Origin: Candidatus Woesearchaeota archaeon
GTDB lineage: Archaea; Nanobdellota; Nanobdellia; UBA10117; ARS21
Direction of reading: 5' to 3'
Assembly: GCA_038128845.1 (NCBI GenBank)
Contig: JAYPKL010000002.1
Coordinates: forward strand, 5,604-69,603
Length of the DNA: 64,000 bases
The notes beneath the pieces were generated by a model. That model saw nothing but the letters and a program-made list of their open reading frames with translations. It had not been told where the DNA came from and did not search any database. Made by a program: the position numbers and the translations under genes. Positions 9,309-18,946 of this stretch are shown one piece after another. The stretch's first letter is position 1. Every line of letters starts with the position of its first letter.

Positions 9309-10577
9309 TTATTTCTTAACTAATTCATAAGAACCAAGGCCAATTAAAGTAAGTAAGAATCCGCCCATTAATATTTCGTGAGATAAGTACATCAAGAAAA
9401 ATCCTGAACTTAATATTCCAAAAACTGCAGGAATTGGTATATTATTGTAGCTGAGTGGAACTCTAAATCCTTTGCTTATTTTTTTCTCTTTTTTACGTTT
9501 CATAATTAATGAATAGTTAACTAAAATAAAAGTTAAAAAAATTGTAAAGTTTGTCAGTTCTGCGATCTTGCCTATGTCTTCAATTAACAAAAATAACGAT
9601 GTTAGAATAAAAACGGTCAGTACAGAATTTGCCGGAGTTTTTCTAGTTTTAGAAACTTTTGATAAAAATTTTAGTTTTTTATAATATTTTGAAATTCCAT
9701 ATAGTTGTCTAGATCCTCCAATTAGAATTATTAAAACAGTGTTACCGGTTGAAAATAATGCTATAATTGAAAGAATAAGAAATGCTTTTGAACCCATTAC
9801 AATAGCTGCTGCATCTGCAAGTGGTGAAGAAGAAGCCGCTAATTGATCCCACGGCATAATCGATACAGCAGATATTGCTACTAGAATATAAATTATAGTT
9901 GATATGATTATTGAATAAATAATTGCCTTTGGAATAACTTTAGAAGGATTTATTGTTTCTTCACTCAATTTGGCAATACTTTCAAATCCAATATAAGCAA
10001 AAAATACTAATGATGCTGCAGAAAATATATTTGAAAATCCTTGAGAAAAATCAAAATAATTTACATTACCAAGATAGTTATATCCTAATGCTATTATAAT
10101 TAGTAATCCAATTGTTTCCAATATAGTAAAAAATATGTTGGCCCAAGCTGCTTGCTTTATATCATAATAACTCAGAAAAGAGAAAATAGAAATTAAAATA
10201 AATGCAATTAAAATTGGTTTAATCGCAACACCAATTAATTTTAGAAAATATCCTGAAAATCCTATTGCTACTGCGCTTGCAGAAATTATTGATGTTGAAA
10301 CAATAAGCCAACCCGTTAAATAAGCTAATCTATCTGAAAAAAAAGATTTTACAAAAGAATATTCTGCAGAGTCATTTGATTTACCTGATGTAAATTCAGC
10401 ATAACTCATTCCGGTAAAAATTGCAATTAAACTTGCTAATAAAAAACTTAACCATACTGCATTACCTGCAACACCAGATGCAACACCTATCAAAACATAA
10501 ATTCCGGCACCCAAAATTATTCCGATACCCATTAATGTTGTTTCTAACAAACCTAATGATCTTTTTAACTCAGACAT
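9309..10577 (-). CDS. Amino acid permease (APC superfamily)
   Basis: 422 aa with about 12 predicted TM helices and an N-terminal GxGIxxGAGIYVLIG motif typical of APC transporters. Confidence 0.7.
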   Translation of the reverse strand: MSELKRSLGLLETTLMGIGIILGAGIYVLIGVASGVAGNAVWLSFLLASLIAIFTGMSYAEFTSGKSNDSAEYSFVKSFFSDRLAYLTGWLIVSTSIISASAVAIGFSGYFLKLIGVAIKPILIAFILISIFSFLSYYDIKQAAWANIFFTILETIGLLIIIALGYNYLGNVNYFDFSQGFSNIFSAASLVFFAYIGFESIAKLSEETINPSKVIPKAIIYSIIISTIIYILVAISAVSIMPWDQLAASSSPLADAAAIVMGSKAFLILSIIALFSTGNTVLIILIGGSRQLYGISKYYKKLKFLSKVSKTRKTPANSVLTVFILTSLFLLIEDIGKIAELTNFTIFLTFILVNYSLIMKRKKEKKISKGFRVPLSYNNIPIPAVFGILSSGFFLMYLSHEILMGGFLLTLIGLGSYELVKK

Positions 10578-10605
10578 AATTATTATGTCAATTTTATTTT
10601 ATAAA

Positions 10606-11913
10606 TTATATAGATGAAATATCTAAATCTCTTATTAAGGCAGAAGGAACTTCGGCAGGTATACTTGATTCCCAGTTAACAATTGATTCTTTCTTATTCG
10701 ACATTTCTTCAATATTTTTTAATACGTCTAACATATTTCCAGAAATTCTAATATCTTTAACAGAATTAATTATTTTTCCATCTTTAACTACAAATATTGC
10801 ATCTCTTGGAAGTAATGAAAAATCTCCAGTCATATAATTTTGATATCGATGATACCAAGAATTTGTTATTATTAATCCGTTATCCATATTTGAAATTAAT
10901 TTATCTGTTGATTTTTTTCCAATTGGTACAACTAAATTTGTTGGGCTGACAGATAATATATTTGAATTTCCTGTTGCTTTCAAATCATATTTCAAATTAT
11001 GTGATGTAGTTGTAAGATAATTCTTCAATATACCCGAACCAATTATTTCTGTAGGTTTTGTAGGTCGTCCTTCATAATCAAAAGGTATTGAACCAAATCC
11101 ATTATTTAAATTTCCAACATCGTATAACGAGAAATTTTTTGATGAAAGGGAATTATCTTTTTTATTTGACAAAAATGAAAATCCTGCTAAAACATTATCA
11201 TAACAAGCAGATCTTCCAACTTCATTTATCAAATTAGCAAATGACATTGGATAAAATACACAATCATATTTTCCAGATTTTAATTTTTCAGGATAAATTG
11301 CTTCTTTAGCTTCATTAACTGCTTCAAGTATTACCGGTCTATAATTAAAATTTTTCTTTGAAGTTGAAATCTTAACTTTGTGAGAAGATGCATCTTCTTT
11401 CATTATTCTAGTTGATAAATTAATATTTGAATAATTATAAGATCCTTCAAAACCTTCTGATGTAATTTTTTCTACAGTTCCCCATCCGTGTTCTAAAACT
11501 CCTCCGACTCTATCTGCACCTTTTTGTAAAGAAAGATCAATAACATCTCTCAATATACTTGATACATTTAGATTTTTTATATCTGGATCGTAAATTGATT
11601 TAATTTCTTTGAACTTTTTATTTTCATTATAAATGCCCAAATAATTTTCATTAACTGGATTGTTTTTTGTAAAATTTATTAGATTCTTAATTTGTGACTT
11701 TACATCATTATTGATATTTATATCTGTATTTCCTACTTTGTAACCATTGCCCGATTTCATTGCAATAAAAACATCATAAGAATCTTGGTTCCAATTTTTA
11801 TTTATTACAACATTATTATTGGCAATTTTTGATTGATTCGAAGTTCCGTTATTTCTTGTAATAACATAATGATCAACATTTCCTTCAATTATTTTTCGAA
11901 TTTCTTGAATCAT
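10606..11913 (-). CDS. TldE/PmbA-family metalloprotease subunit
   Basis: 435 aa. Paired and overlapping with a TldD homolog. TldD/PmbA fold pattern (GSG...T..HN). Confidence 0.6.
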   Translation of the reverse strand: MIQEIRKIIEGNVDHYVITRNNGTSNQSKIANNNVVINKNWNQDSYDVFIAMKSGNGYKVGNTDININNDVKSQIKNLINFTKNNPVNENYLGIYNENKKFKEIKSIYDPDIKNLNVSSILRDVIDLSLQKGADRVGGVLEHGWGTVEKITSEGFEGSYNYSNINLSTRIMKEDASSHKVKISTSKKNFNYRPVILEAVNEAKEAIYPEKLKSGKYDCVFYPMSFANLINEVGRSACYDNVLAGFSFLSNKKDNSLSSKNFSLYDVGNLNNGFGSIPFDYEGRPTKPTEIIGSGILKNYLTTTSHNLKYDLKATGNSNILSVSPTNLVVPIGKKSTDKLISNMDNGLIITNSWYHRYQNYMTGDFSLLPRDAIFVVKDGKIINSVKDIRISGNMLDVLKNIEEMSNKKESIVNWESSIPAEVPSALIRDLDISSI

Positions 11914-13367
11914 CTGTGCTTAATTCCTCTCAATAATAAACTTGGACCGCCCATTGAAACAGGTACTCCTTGCATTGGTTGACCTTTACCGCATGTAGCA
12001 GATGTTAAACCATATGAAGCTTTATTTCCCACTCCGTCAACTGACGTCCACAACTTTAATGTATCAACTTCAAGATCCGGAAATAATAATGGATGTTTAA
12101 TCTCTCCATTTTCTATTAAATATGCTTCACTGCCTTTTGCTTTGAAATTATATCTTTTATCATCAATATTCCATTCCATAAAATTTTTCATATAAATTCC
12201 TTTTTTTACATCTTTAATTAAACTAGATTCTGATGCTTTACCGGGTTTTACAAACGTATTAGACATTCTAATTAATGGTTCATTTGAATTATTATCAATT
12301 CTTGCAGATGCATTTGATTTAACTCCGAATTGTTTTGCAGTTTGCCGGTCATGATAAAATTCATTTATCAATCCGTCTTTTACTAAAACTCTGTTTCTGG
12401 CTTTTTGACCTTCTTCATCATATAAATAATAACCAGCAACATTTTCAATTGTTGGATCATCATATATGGTTACATAATCTGAACCGACTCTTTGACCCAT
12501 CATATCTTTTTTGATAAAGGATTCTCCTGCTTGTGCAGATTCTCTTCCTAAAATTCTATCTGCTTCATAAGGATGACCAACAGATTCATGGACCATTATT
12601 CCTGCAACTTCGCTGCCAATAACATAATCATAAACTCCTGATTTAACTTTTTTAGCAGTCTTCAAGTTGGTTGTTATAGTGTCGACTTCTCCAGAAATTA
12701 CTTTATCTAATTTCCAATTATCAAAAATATCCCAACCGCCTACGCCGTTATAAAAATTCATTCTTTGTGCAGTCTTACTATTTGATTTGCATGTTAAAAA
12801 ATAAAAAAAATCAATATATGGAATTGTAGAATTAATTGATGTGCCTTCGGTATTCATATATGATTTTTTAATTAAATTTGTACTTAAAGATATATTTGAA
12901 TTTAGAACATTGTCTCCTTTCAAATTAGAGATTATAGGTTTTAATCTATTGATATAGGAGTCAATATCTGAAAAATTAATTTTTGTTTTTTGTTTAACTG
13001 TATAATTTTTTTTATTAACTTCTCCCTCTGCTAATTCAATATCGTTTCTATTTATTGAATTTACAGATTTTACTAATTTAACTTGATCTTTTATTTTTTT
13101 TGTAATAAATTGATTTGAGAAATCGCTATTAATGAAAACTGATGACATTGAATTTCCAATTTTAAATCTTACATACAAAGATTTATCTGATCCAATAAAA
13201 TTGTTCGAAAGTACATTATTTTCATAACTTATACCCGATCCATTTGATTCAACAAATCTTGCTTCGGCCCATTCAACACCTAATTCATTACATAGATTAA
13301 TTGAGAACTTCAAAAGATCATCCATAGATATATTGTAGGGAAATAAATATAAAATAGTTGTTATCAA
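11910..13367 (-). CDS. tldD: TldD-family zinc metalloprotease
   Basis: HExxxH motif HESVGHPYEADR and a C-terminal GxC motif. 485 aa. Overlaps the TldE gene by 4 nt. Confidence 0.75.
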   Translation of the reverse strand: MITTILYLFPYNISMDDLLKFSINLCNELGVEWAEARFVESNGSGISYENNVLSNNFIGSDKSLYVRFKIGNSMSSVFINSDFSNQFITKKIKDQVKLVKSVNSINRNDIELAEGEVNKKNYTVKQKTKINFSDIDSYINRLKPIISNLKGDNVLNSNISLSTNLIKKSYMNTEGTSINSTIPYIDFFYFLTCKSNSKTAQRMNFYNGVGGWDIFDNWKLDKVISGEVDTITTNLKTAKKVKSGVYDYVIGSEVAGIMVHESVGHPYEADRILGRESAQAGESFIKKDMMGQRVGSDYVTIYDDPTIENVAGYYLYDEEGQKARNRVLVKDGLINEFYHDRQTAKQFGVKSNASARIDNNSNEPLIRMSNTFVKPGKASESSLIKDVKKGIYMKNFMEWNIDDKRYNFKAKGSEAYLIENGEIKHPLLFPDLEVDTLKLWTSVDGVGNKASYGLTSATCGKGQPMQGVPVSMGGPSLLLRGIKHR

Positions 13368-13411
13368 AAAGTAACTAATAATCTATTTATTATAACAAAC
13401 ACTATTTTTAT

Positions 13412-14365
13412 ATGACTGTTCAAAATTTGACCATAAAAGGAAAATTTAATGAAAATTATATCAAATCAACCATATTAGATATATATCTTAAATGGAAAAT
13501 ACCCGACAATATTGAAGAGATTCTTATAATTGATGATAAAAAACATTTCTCTGCAATATCTAGAAGAATCCCGAAACACCTAAGAAAAGAGTTTAAAGAA
13601 ACTTATATGAATGACCCAACTTCATTATCGATAACTGCAGGTAATTTTGATTTAATTATTATATCTATTACTCAACCAAATGAACAATATCTTAAGAAAA
13701 ACAAGAAGGCACTAGAAGGACTTATAGCACATGAATTAATGCATATTGAATTAAGACGTATGGGTCTTGATTTAGATATTGAAAATATTGGTCAAAGAGT
13801 ATTTCAGAAGTTTATTAAAAAAAATCTAAATCGTTCTCAATCAATAAAATACAAACATGTATTTGAAGAAATAAAAAATCAATGTAGCTATGTTCTAAAA
13901 GATATAGTTACAAATGCAAATTTAATTGAAATAGGATTTGGAGACGAAATGTTTGAAGATTATTATCAATATTATATTAATCAAAAAACTCTGAAAACTG
14001 CTAACTTGAATATTAGTGCAGTTAAAAATTCGAATCTTTGTTCAACTGTGTCTAAGAAAAAATGTAAAGAACTTTATGAAAAACAATTAGGAGTTGATGT
14101 TGGAACAAGTATTCTTTTTGAACTTAGTTTGTTACCAGTCATAATACCTTACGGAAAAAAATGGATAAACACAAAAGAAAGAAAAATTAAACATTTAATC
14201 AATTTTATTGGAGACAATTACGAAATATTAGTAAGCGATATTGCTAAAGATGCTGATAGACTTATTAAAAAAAGCTTTACTTCAAAATTTGATAAAAAAT
14301 ACTTTGAATATTTCTTTGAATATTTTTTCAAAATGGCACATAAAAAAATGCTAATTGACCAATAA
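13412..14365 (+). CDS. Hypothetical protein with HExxH motif (putative zinc-dependent hydrolase)
   Basis: 317 aa, AHELMHIELRR. No further family-level assignment is possible. Confidence 0.3.
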   Translation: MTVQNLTIKGKFNENYIKSTILDIYLKWKIPDNIEEILIIDDKKHFSAISRRIPKHLRKEFKETYMNDPTSLSITAGNFDLIIISITQPNEQYLKKNKKALEGLIAHELMHIELRRMGLDLDIENIGQRVFQKFIKKNLNRSQSIKYKHVFEEIKNQCSYVLKDIVTNANLIEIGFGDEMFEDYYQYYINQKTLKTANLNISAVKNSNLCSTVSKKKCKELYEKQLGVDVGTSILFELSLLPVIIPYGKKWINTKERKIKHLINFIGDNYEILVSDIAKDADRLIKKSFTSKFDKKYFEYFFEYFFKMAHKKMLIDQ

Positions 14366-14399
14366 ATAACGAATAAATTTATTAATTAAGTCAATTTTA

Positions 14400-14639
14400 T
14401 TGAATATGGCAAGTGTAACAATCTATACTACTAATGTGTGTCCCTGGTGTCACAAAGCAAAAGACTTTTTTGATGAAAATGGAATTAAATACTCTGAAAA
14501 AAATGTACAACAAAATAGAGAGTATCAAGCAGAATTACTGGAAAAATCTGGTCAACTAGGTGTACCTGTAATAACCGTTGATGATGAAACTGTTATCGGT
14601 TTCAATAAAGAAAGATTAAAGAAGATATTAGACTTATAA
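14400..14639 (+). CDS. Glutaredoxin-like protein
   Basis: 79 aa, CPWC active site (TTNVCPWCHKAKDFF), thioredoxin fold. Confidence 0.65.
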   Translation: MNMASVTIYTTNVCPWCHKAKDFFDENGIKYSEKNVQQNREYQAELLEKSGQLGVPVITVDDETVIGFNKERLKKILDL

Positions 14640-14643
14640 TACT

Positions 14644-15882
14644 ATGGCCAATCCTTTTGATCAAGCAAAGAAGCAAATCTCTTCTGCATCTAAATTATTA
14701 AAATTAGATTCAGAAACTACTGCTAAATTAATGATTCCAGATAATTTTCATTCATTCTGGGTCAGAATAAGACTTGATAATGGACGAAGAGCAAGATTTA
14801 GAGGTTTTAGATCTCAATATAATAATGCATTAGGCCCTTACAAAGGAGGAATTAGATTCCATCCTGAAGAAACTGCAGACACTGTACTTGCTCTATCTGC
14901 ATGGATGACTTGGAAATGTTCTCTTGCCGGAATACCTTATGGTGGCGGAAAAGGCGGAATTATTTGTAATCCCAAAGAATTATCTAAATCAGAACTTGAA
15001 AGACTTTCAAAAGAATATTCAAGAAAAATTTCAAAATTTATTGGAGTAGATCGAGATATACCTGCTCCTGACGTTTACACAAATCCTCAAATAATGTCTT
15101 GGATGTTAGAAGCTTATGAACAAAAAATGAATATTTCTTCTCCAGTAACTTTTACAGTAAAACCAATTGAACTTGGTGGTCATACGGTATGAATTGAATC
15201 GACCGGTTTAGGTGTGGCAATAAATGTTAGAGAAGCTGCCAAAAAATTAAAATTAAATATGAAATCAACAAAAGTTGTAATTCAAGGATTTGGTAATGTA
15301 GGTCAATATGCTGCCAAACATCTTGACAAAATGGGCGCAAAAATAATTGCAATATCGGATTCATCGGGAGGACTTTATGATTCTAAAGGAATTGATGTCT
15401 CTAAATTAATCAAATATAAACAAGAAGGAAATTCACTAATTAAATACAAAAACTATTCAAAAATAGATAATGAAAAATTACTTACACTAAAATGTGATGT
15501 TTTAATTCCATCTGCATTAGAAAATGCAATTGACAAATATAACGCGGATAAAATCGACACAAAAATAATTGTTGAAGGAGCAAACGGACCAATAACAACG
15601 GATGCAGATAAAATTCTTTTTGAAAAAAGTATTATTGTAGTTCCAGATATTCTTGCAAATTCGGGCGGAGTCGTTGGAAGTTATTTTGAATGGCTAATGA
15701 ATCGTTCAGGAGAAAGTTGGGAATTAAAAACCTATAACGCAAAATTAGATAAAATGTTAACAGATTCTTTTTCAAGAGTTTATAAAAAATACAACGAACT
15801 AAAAAATATTGACATGAGAAAAACAAGTTATATGATTGCAATAGAGAGAGTTGTAAAAGCAATGGAGCTTAGAGGAAGATGA
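14644..15882 (+). pseudogene. gdhA: Glutamate dehydrogenase interrupted by an in-frame TGA (15190-15192)
   Basis: One continuous frame encodes the GDH dimerisation domain (KGGIRFHPEETAD, GIPYGGGKGGI) and the NAD(P)-binding domain (GFGNVGQYAAKHL). The TGA sits where the conserved Arg of GGSxGRxEATGxGV is expected (ELGGHTV*IESTGLGV). The downstream half has only a GTG at 15214. Confidence 0.6.
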
Positions 15883-16781
15883 TTTATGATGTTATAATTA
15901 TAGGCGGAGGTGCAGCTGGTCTAGGAGCCGCTCTTTATTCGGCCAGATATAATCTAAAAACTTTAATTATTGCTAAAGAATTTGGCGGTACTGGAAATAT
16001 TGCACACAAAGTAGATAATTGGATTGGAGAACCTGGAATTTCTGGACTAGACTTAATGGACAAATTTATTGCACATGTTGATTCTTATGGTGTAGAAAAA
16101 GTCGAAGACGAAATTAAATCTATTAAAAAAAATAAAGAAATTTTTGAAGTTCAAGGAAAGAAAAAATATTCTGCTAAATCAATTATATACTCTCTAGGTA
16201 TGGTTCATAAAGAATTAGGAGTGGAGGGAGAAAAAGAATTTGCAGGAAAAGGAATTCATTATTGTTATACTTGTGATGGTCCAATTTATTCTGGAAAAAA
16301 TGTAATTATGGTCGGCGGAGGAGATTCTGCGGGATGGGGAAGTGTATTTCTTTCAGAACATGCAAAATCAGTTACAACGATGGTTCGAAGAGATATGATG
16401 AAAGCAGAACCAATTACTGTTAAACAAATGGAAGATAATCCGAAAATAAAAATAAAATATAATACAGAAATAAAAAAATTCTACGGAGACACTTTACTTG
16501 AAGGAGTAATTTTGAAAGATGGAACTGATATGAAAATAGACGGAGTATTTATTGAAATTGGTCATTTGCCGTTAAATCAAATTGCAAAAAATTGTAAAGT
16601 TAAATTAGATAAGTCTGGATTTATTAAAGTTGATAATCATCAAAAAACTAATATCAAAGGTTTTTGTGCAGCAGGAGATATAACAACAAGACATACTCTA
16701 AAGCAATTTATAACATCTGCATCAGAAGGATCGGTGGCAGCAGAATCAATTTATAATTTTATTAAAAATAAAAAATGGTAA
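15879..16781 (+). CDS. trxB: Thioredoxin reductase-like FAD/NAD(P)H disulfide oxidoreductase
   Basis: FAD motif DVIIIGGGAAGLGAALY, redox-active CYTCDG, second Rossmann motif VIMVGGGDSA. 300 aa. Confidence 0.65.
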   Translation: MIYDVIIIGGGAAGLGAALYSARYNLKTLIIAKEFGGTGNIAHKVDNWIGEPGISGLDLMDKFIAHVDSYGVEKVEDEIKSIKKNKEIFEVQGKKKYSAKSIIYSLGMVHKELGVEGEKEFAGKGIHYCYTCDGPIYSGKNVIMVGGGDSAGWGSVFLSEHAKSVTTMVRRDMMKAEPITVKQMEDNPKIKIKYNTEIKKFYGDTLLEGVILKDGTDMKIDGVFIEIGHLPLNQIAKNCKVKLDKSGFIKVDNHQKTNIKGFCAAGDITTRHTLKQFITSASEGSVAAESIYNFIKNKKW

Positions 16782-16978
16782 AGAATTATTTAATTATAGG
16801 TTATGGTATTTTAATTGCTGCAATATTATTTAATTTAGTTTTATCAAAGTTAGGTATTTCTTCTTGGTATGATTTTTTATTAGGTAATAAAGATAAATAT
16901 ACCTCTTATGTTGTTTTATTTATTGTATATCCGTTAATTTTAGGTTATGTTGCTCAAAAAGCTATTGAATTAATTTAA
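16775..16978 (+). CDS. Small membrane protein (67 aa)
   Basis: Two predicted TM helices. No assignable motif. Confidence 0.3.
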   Translation: MVKNYLIIGYGILIAAILFNLVLSKLGISSWYDFLLGNKDKYTSYVVLFIVYPLILGYVAQKAIELI

Positions 16979-18304
16979 ATTTTCTTCAATATACTTTTTG
17001 ATATCAAATTTTGATTTACAACCATTATAAGACATAAATCTTATTTTTCCAAAAACCGGTCTTTCAAACCATGCCCGATCATGAAGGCCTCCTATGGACC
17101 AAGCACATCCTACGTAACCATTGGGATCTCTTCCATCCAATTCATATTTATCATTTAGATAAATTGCAATCTTTAACGCATCTTTAGGCGATTTGGTCCA
17201 TTCAAGAATTTTTTTAGCCCAATACATTCTCATATATCCGTGCATTTTTCCTTTGTTTACCATTTCCATTTGTGCAGCATTCCATAAATCGTCGTGTGTC
17301 TTTGCATTTTCAAATTGTTTTAATGAATAAATATATTCTCGTTTATCTTTTGTATGTTCATTATGAGATTTTTTAGCCCAATCTGGAAATCCATCAAATG
17401 TGTCGTACTTTTCATTATAATAACAATAATTATCTGAAAGTTCTCTTCTTACAAATGCTTCTTCAATAAATGCATCTTTATCTGGTTTTTTTGCATTTGC
17501 TTTACTTACTTCGTAGACTGCTCTTTGGGGGGCCAACATTCCATAATGAAAATAAGGGCTTAAATGAGAAACTTGATTTAAAGGAGGATTATTTCTATTT
17601 GTTGAATATCCGTCTAAACGATTTTTGATGAATTCTTTTAGCATATTCATTCCTTCATCTTCTCCGGATTTTATCCAATCAACTGGTTTTACATTTTTGT
17701 CAACATTTGCTTTCATTAAATTTTCAAAATTATTTTTGTTTTTTAATTTGTTATAATTATTTTTCTTTAGTTTTGGAAAATCAGAAATATATTCGGGAAA
17801 TAGTCTATTTAATTTTGGTCTTATTGTATATGCTGCAAATTCTTGTTTTGGAGAAGTGATCCATACTGGTACTATATTATGAGCATCTACTTGAATAAAA
17901 GGAATTTTTAATTTTAAATTTAAATCATTGACCCATTTTTTTGCAATTCTAAGTGGTGAAAAATCAGTTACAACTAAACCAACATTATTTGTTTTTATGA
18001 ATTTAGAAATATCTGGAACAAAAGATTTTGTTAAAATAAAAAGAGGTATATTTAATTTTTCTAAATTAGTTTCTAGTACTTTTAATCCTTCTAACTTGAA
18101 CTTATGTTGTCTTAATCCTCCTCCGAGATATCCTATATCTAAATTATATACAACATATAATGGAACTTTGTTTTTTTCAGCAAGATCTGATGCATGCAAT
18201 AATGCCCAATTGTCTTGAGATCTTATTTCTCTATTACACCAATAAAGTATGGCTCCGGAACTATATTCTAAATCGTTTAATTTTCTAATTCTGTTTTCGT
18301 TCAT
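16970..18304 (-). CDS. phr: Deoxyribodipyrimidine photolyase, class II
   Basis: 444 aa. N-terminal region matches class II CPD photolyase (LYWCNREIRSQDNWALLHA), C-terminal FAD-binding region (GYMRMYWAKKILEW, GGLHDRAW). Confidence 0.7.
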   Translation of the reverse strand: MNENRIRKLNDLEYSSGAILYWCNREIRSQDNWALLHASDLAEKNKVPLYVVYNLDIGYLGGGLRQHKFKLEGLKVLETNLEKLNIPLFILTKSFVPDISKFIKTNNVGLVVTDFSPLRIAKKWVNDLNLKLKIPFIQVDAHNIVPVWITSPKQEFAAYTIRPKLNRLFPEYISDFPKLKKNNYNKLKNKNNFENLMKANVDKNVKPVDWIKSGEDEGMNMLKEFIKNRLDGYSTNRNNPPLNQVSHLSPYFHYGMLAPQRAVYEVSKANAKKPDKDAFIEEAFVRRELSDNYCYYNEKYDTFDGFPDWAKKSHNEHTKDKREYIYSLKQFENAKTHDDLWNAAQMEMVNKGKMHGYMRMYWAKKILEWTKSPKDALKIAIYLNDKYELDGRDPNGYVGCAWSIGGLHDRAWFERPVFGKIRFMSYNGCKSKFDIKKYIEENLN

Positions 18305-18921
18305 TTTAATAAGTATAAATCAATGAAACCGAATACTGCTTTTGAAAAAATTGGAAGTATTACAAAAAGAACATTGAAAGTTTCTAGAGATATAAAATTT
18401 AGCGGATACAAAATGAATACAAGAGGATATGCTAACCACTGAATTGTGAAATATTTTAATAAAAAATCATATTTCTTTTTGTTAACTGCCAGTTTGTAAA
18501 GATCTACCCAGATTATTTTTATAATTATTGCAAGTAAAAATAGACCTAAGTAAAAATATCTTAAGTCTGAAAAAACATCGGCAAATAATCCGGTTAATAT
18601 CACAATAGGTTGTAGAATTAATAGAGATAACATAAGAGTATAATTTCCTTTTTTATTTAGAATCGCTGTAAAGTAAAGTGCCATTAAAAGTAGTGGAGTT
18701 GAAACTACCCAATCAAAATATCTTGCAAGATCAGAAATTTCTGTTTGATAAGCAATAAATAAATACATCAAACCAGACCAACCTACAATTGTTGAATGTA
18801 AAAGTATGAAGTGTTTTGGAATTTTCCATTTTTTACCTAAATATAGAAATGAGGCTAGTGAAGTAAACATTACTAATGAGTAAAACATTTCGGCATTCAT
18901 AAAATATTTGTAGTTAATCAT
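18301..18921 (-). CDS. Microbial (type-1) rhodopsin-like 7TM protein, unusually short (206 aa)
   Basis: Seven hydrophobic helices. Helix C motif RYFDWVVSTPLLLMAL (compare bacteriorhodopsin RYADWLFTTPLLLLDL). Helix F motif WLAYPLVF (BR WSAYPVVW). Helix G motif PIFSKAVFGF (BR DVSAKVGFG) containing the Schiff-base lysine. Confidence 0.55.
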   Translation of the reverse strand: MINYKYFMNAEMFYSLVMFTSLASFLYLGKKWKIPKHFILLHSTIVGWSGLMYLFIAYQTEISDLARYFDWVVSTPLLLMALYFTAILNKKGNYTLMLSLLILQPIVILTGLFADVFSDLRYFYLGLFLLAIIIKIIWVDLYKLAVNKKKYDFLLKYFTIQWLAYPLVFILYPLNFISLETFNVLFVILPIFSKAVFGFIDLYLLK

Positions 18922-18946
18922 TTATAAGATTAATTAGATAAATTCT

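Noticed and set aside
15190-15192. In-frame TGA in gdh read as selenocysteine, or as genome-wide TGA recoding
   Set aside because: TGA clearly terminates well-conserved genes in this window (eIF5A at 3192-3194, the agmatinase-like gene at 5690-5692, Rrp41 at 33861-33863). GDH has no known Sec-containing form. The site matches a conserved Arg (CGA to TGA). No SECIS-like structure was recognised downstream.
17928-18218. Plus-strand ORF (96 aa) inside the photolyase gene
   Set aside because: Fully embedded antisense within a conserved CDS. Spurious.
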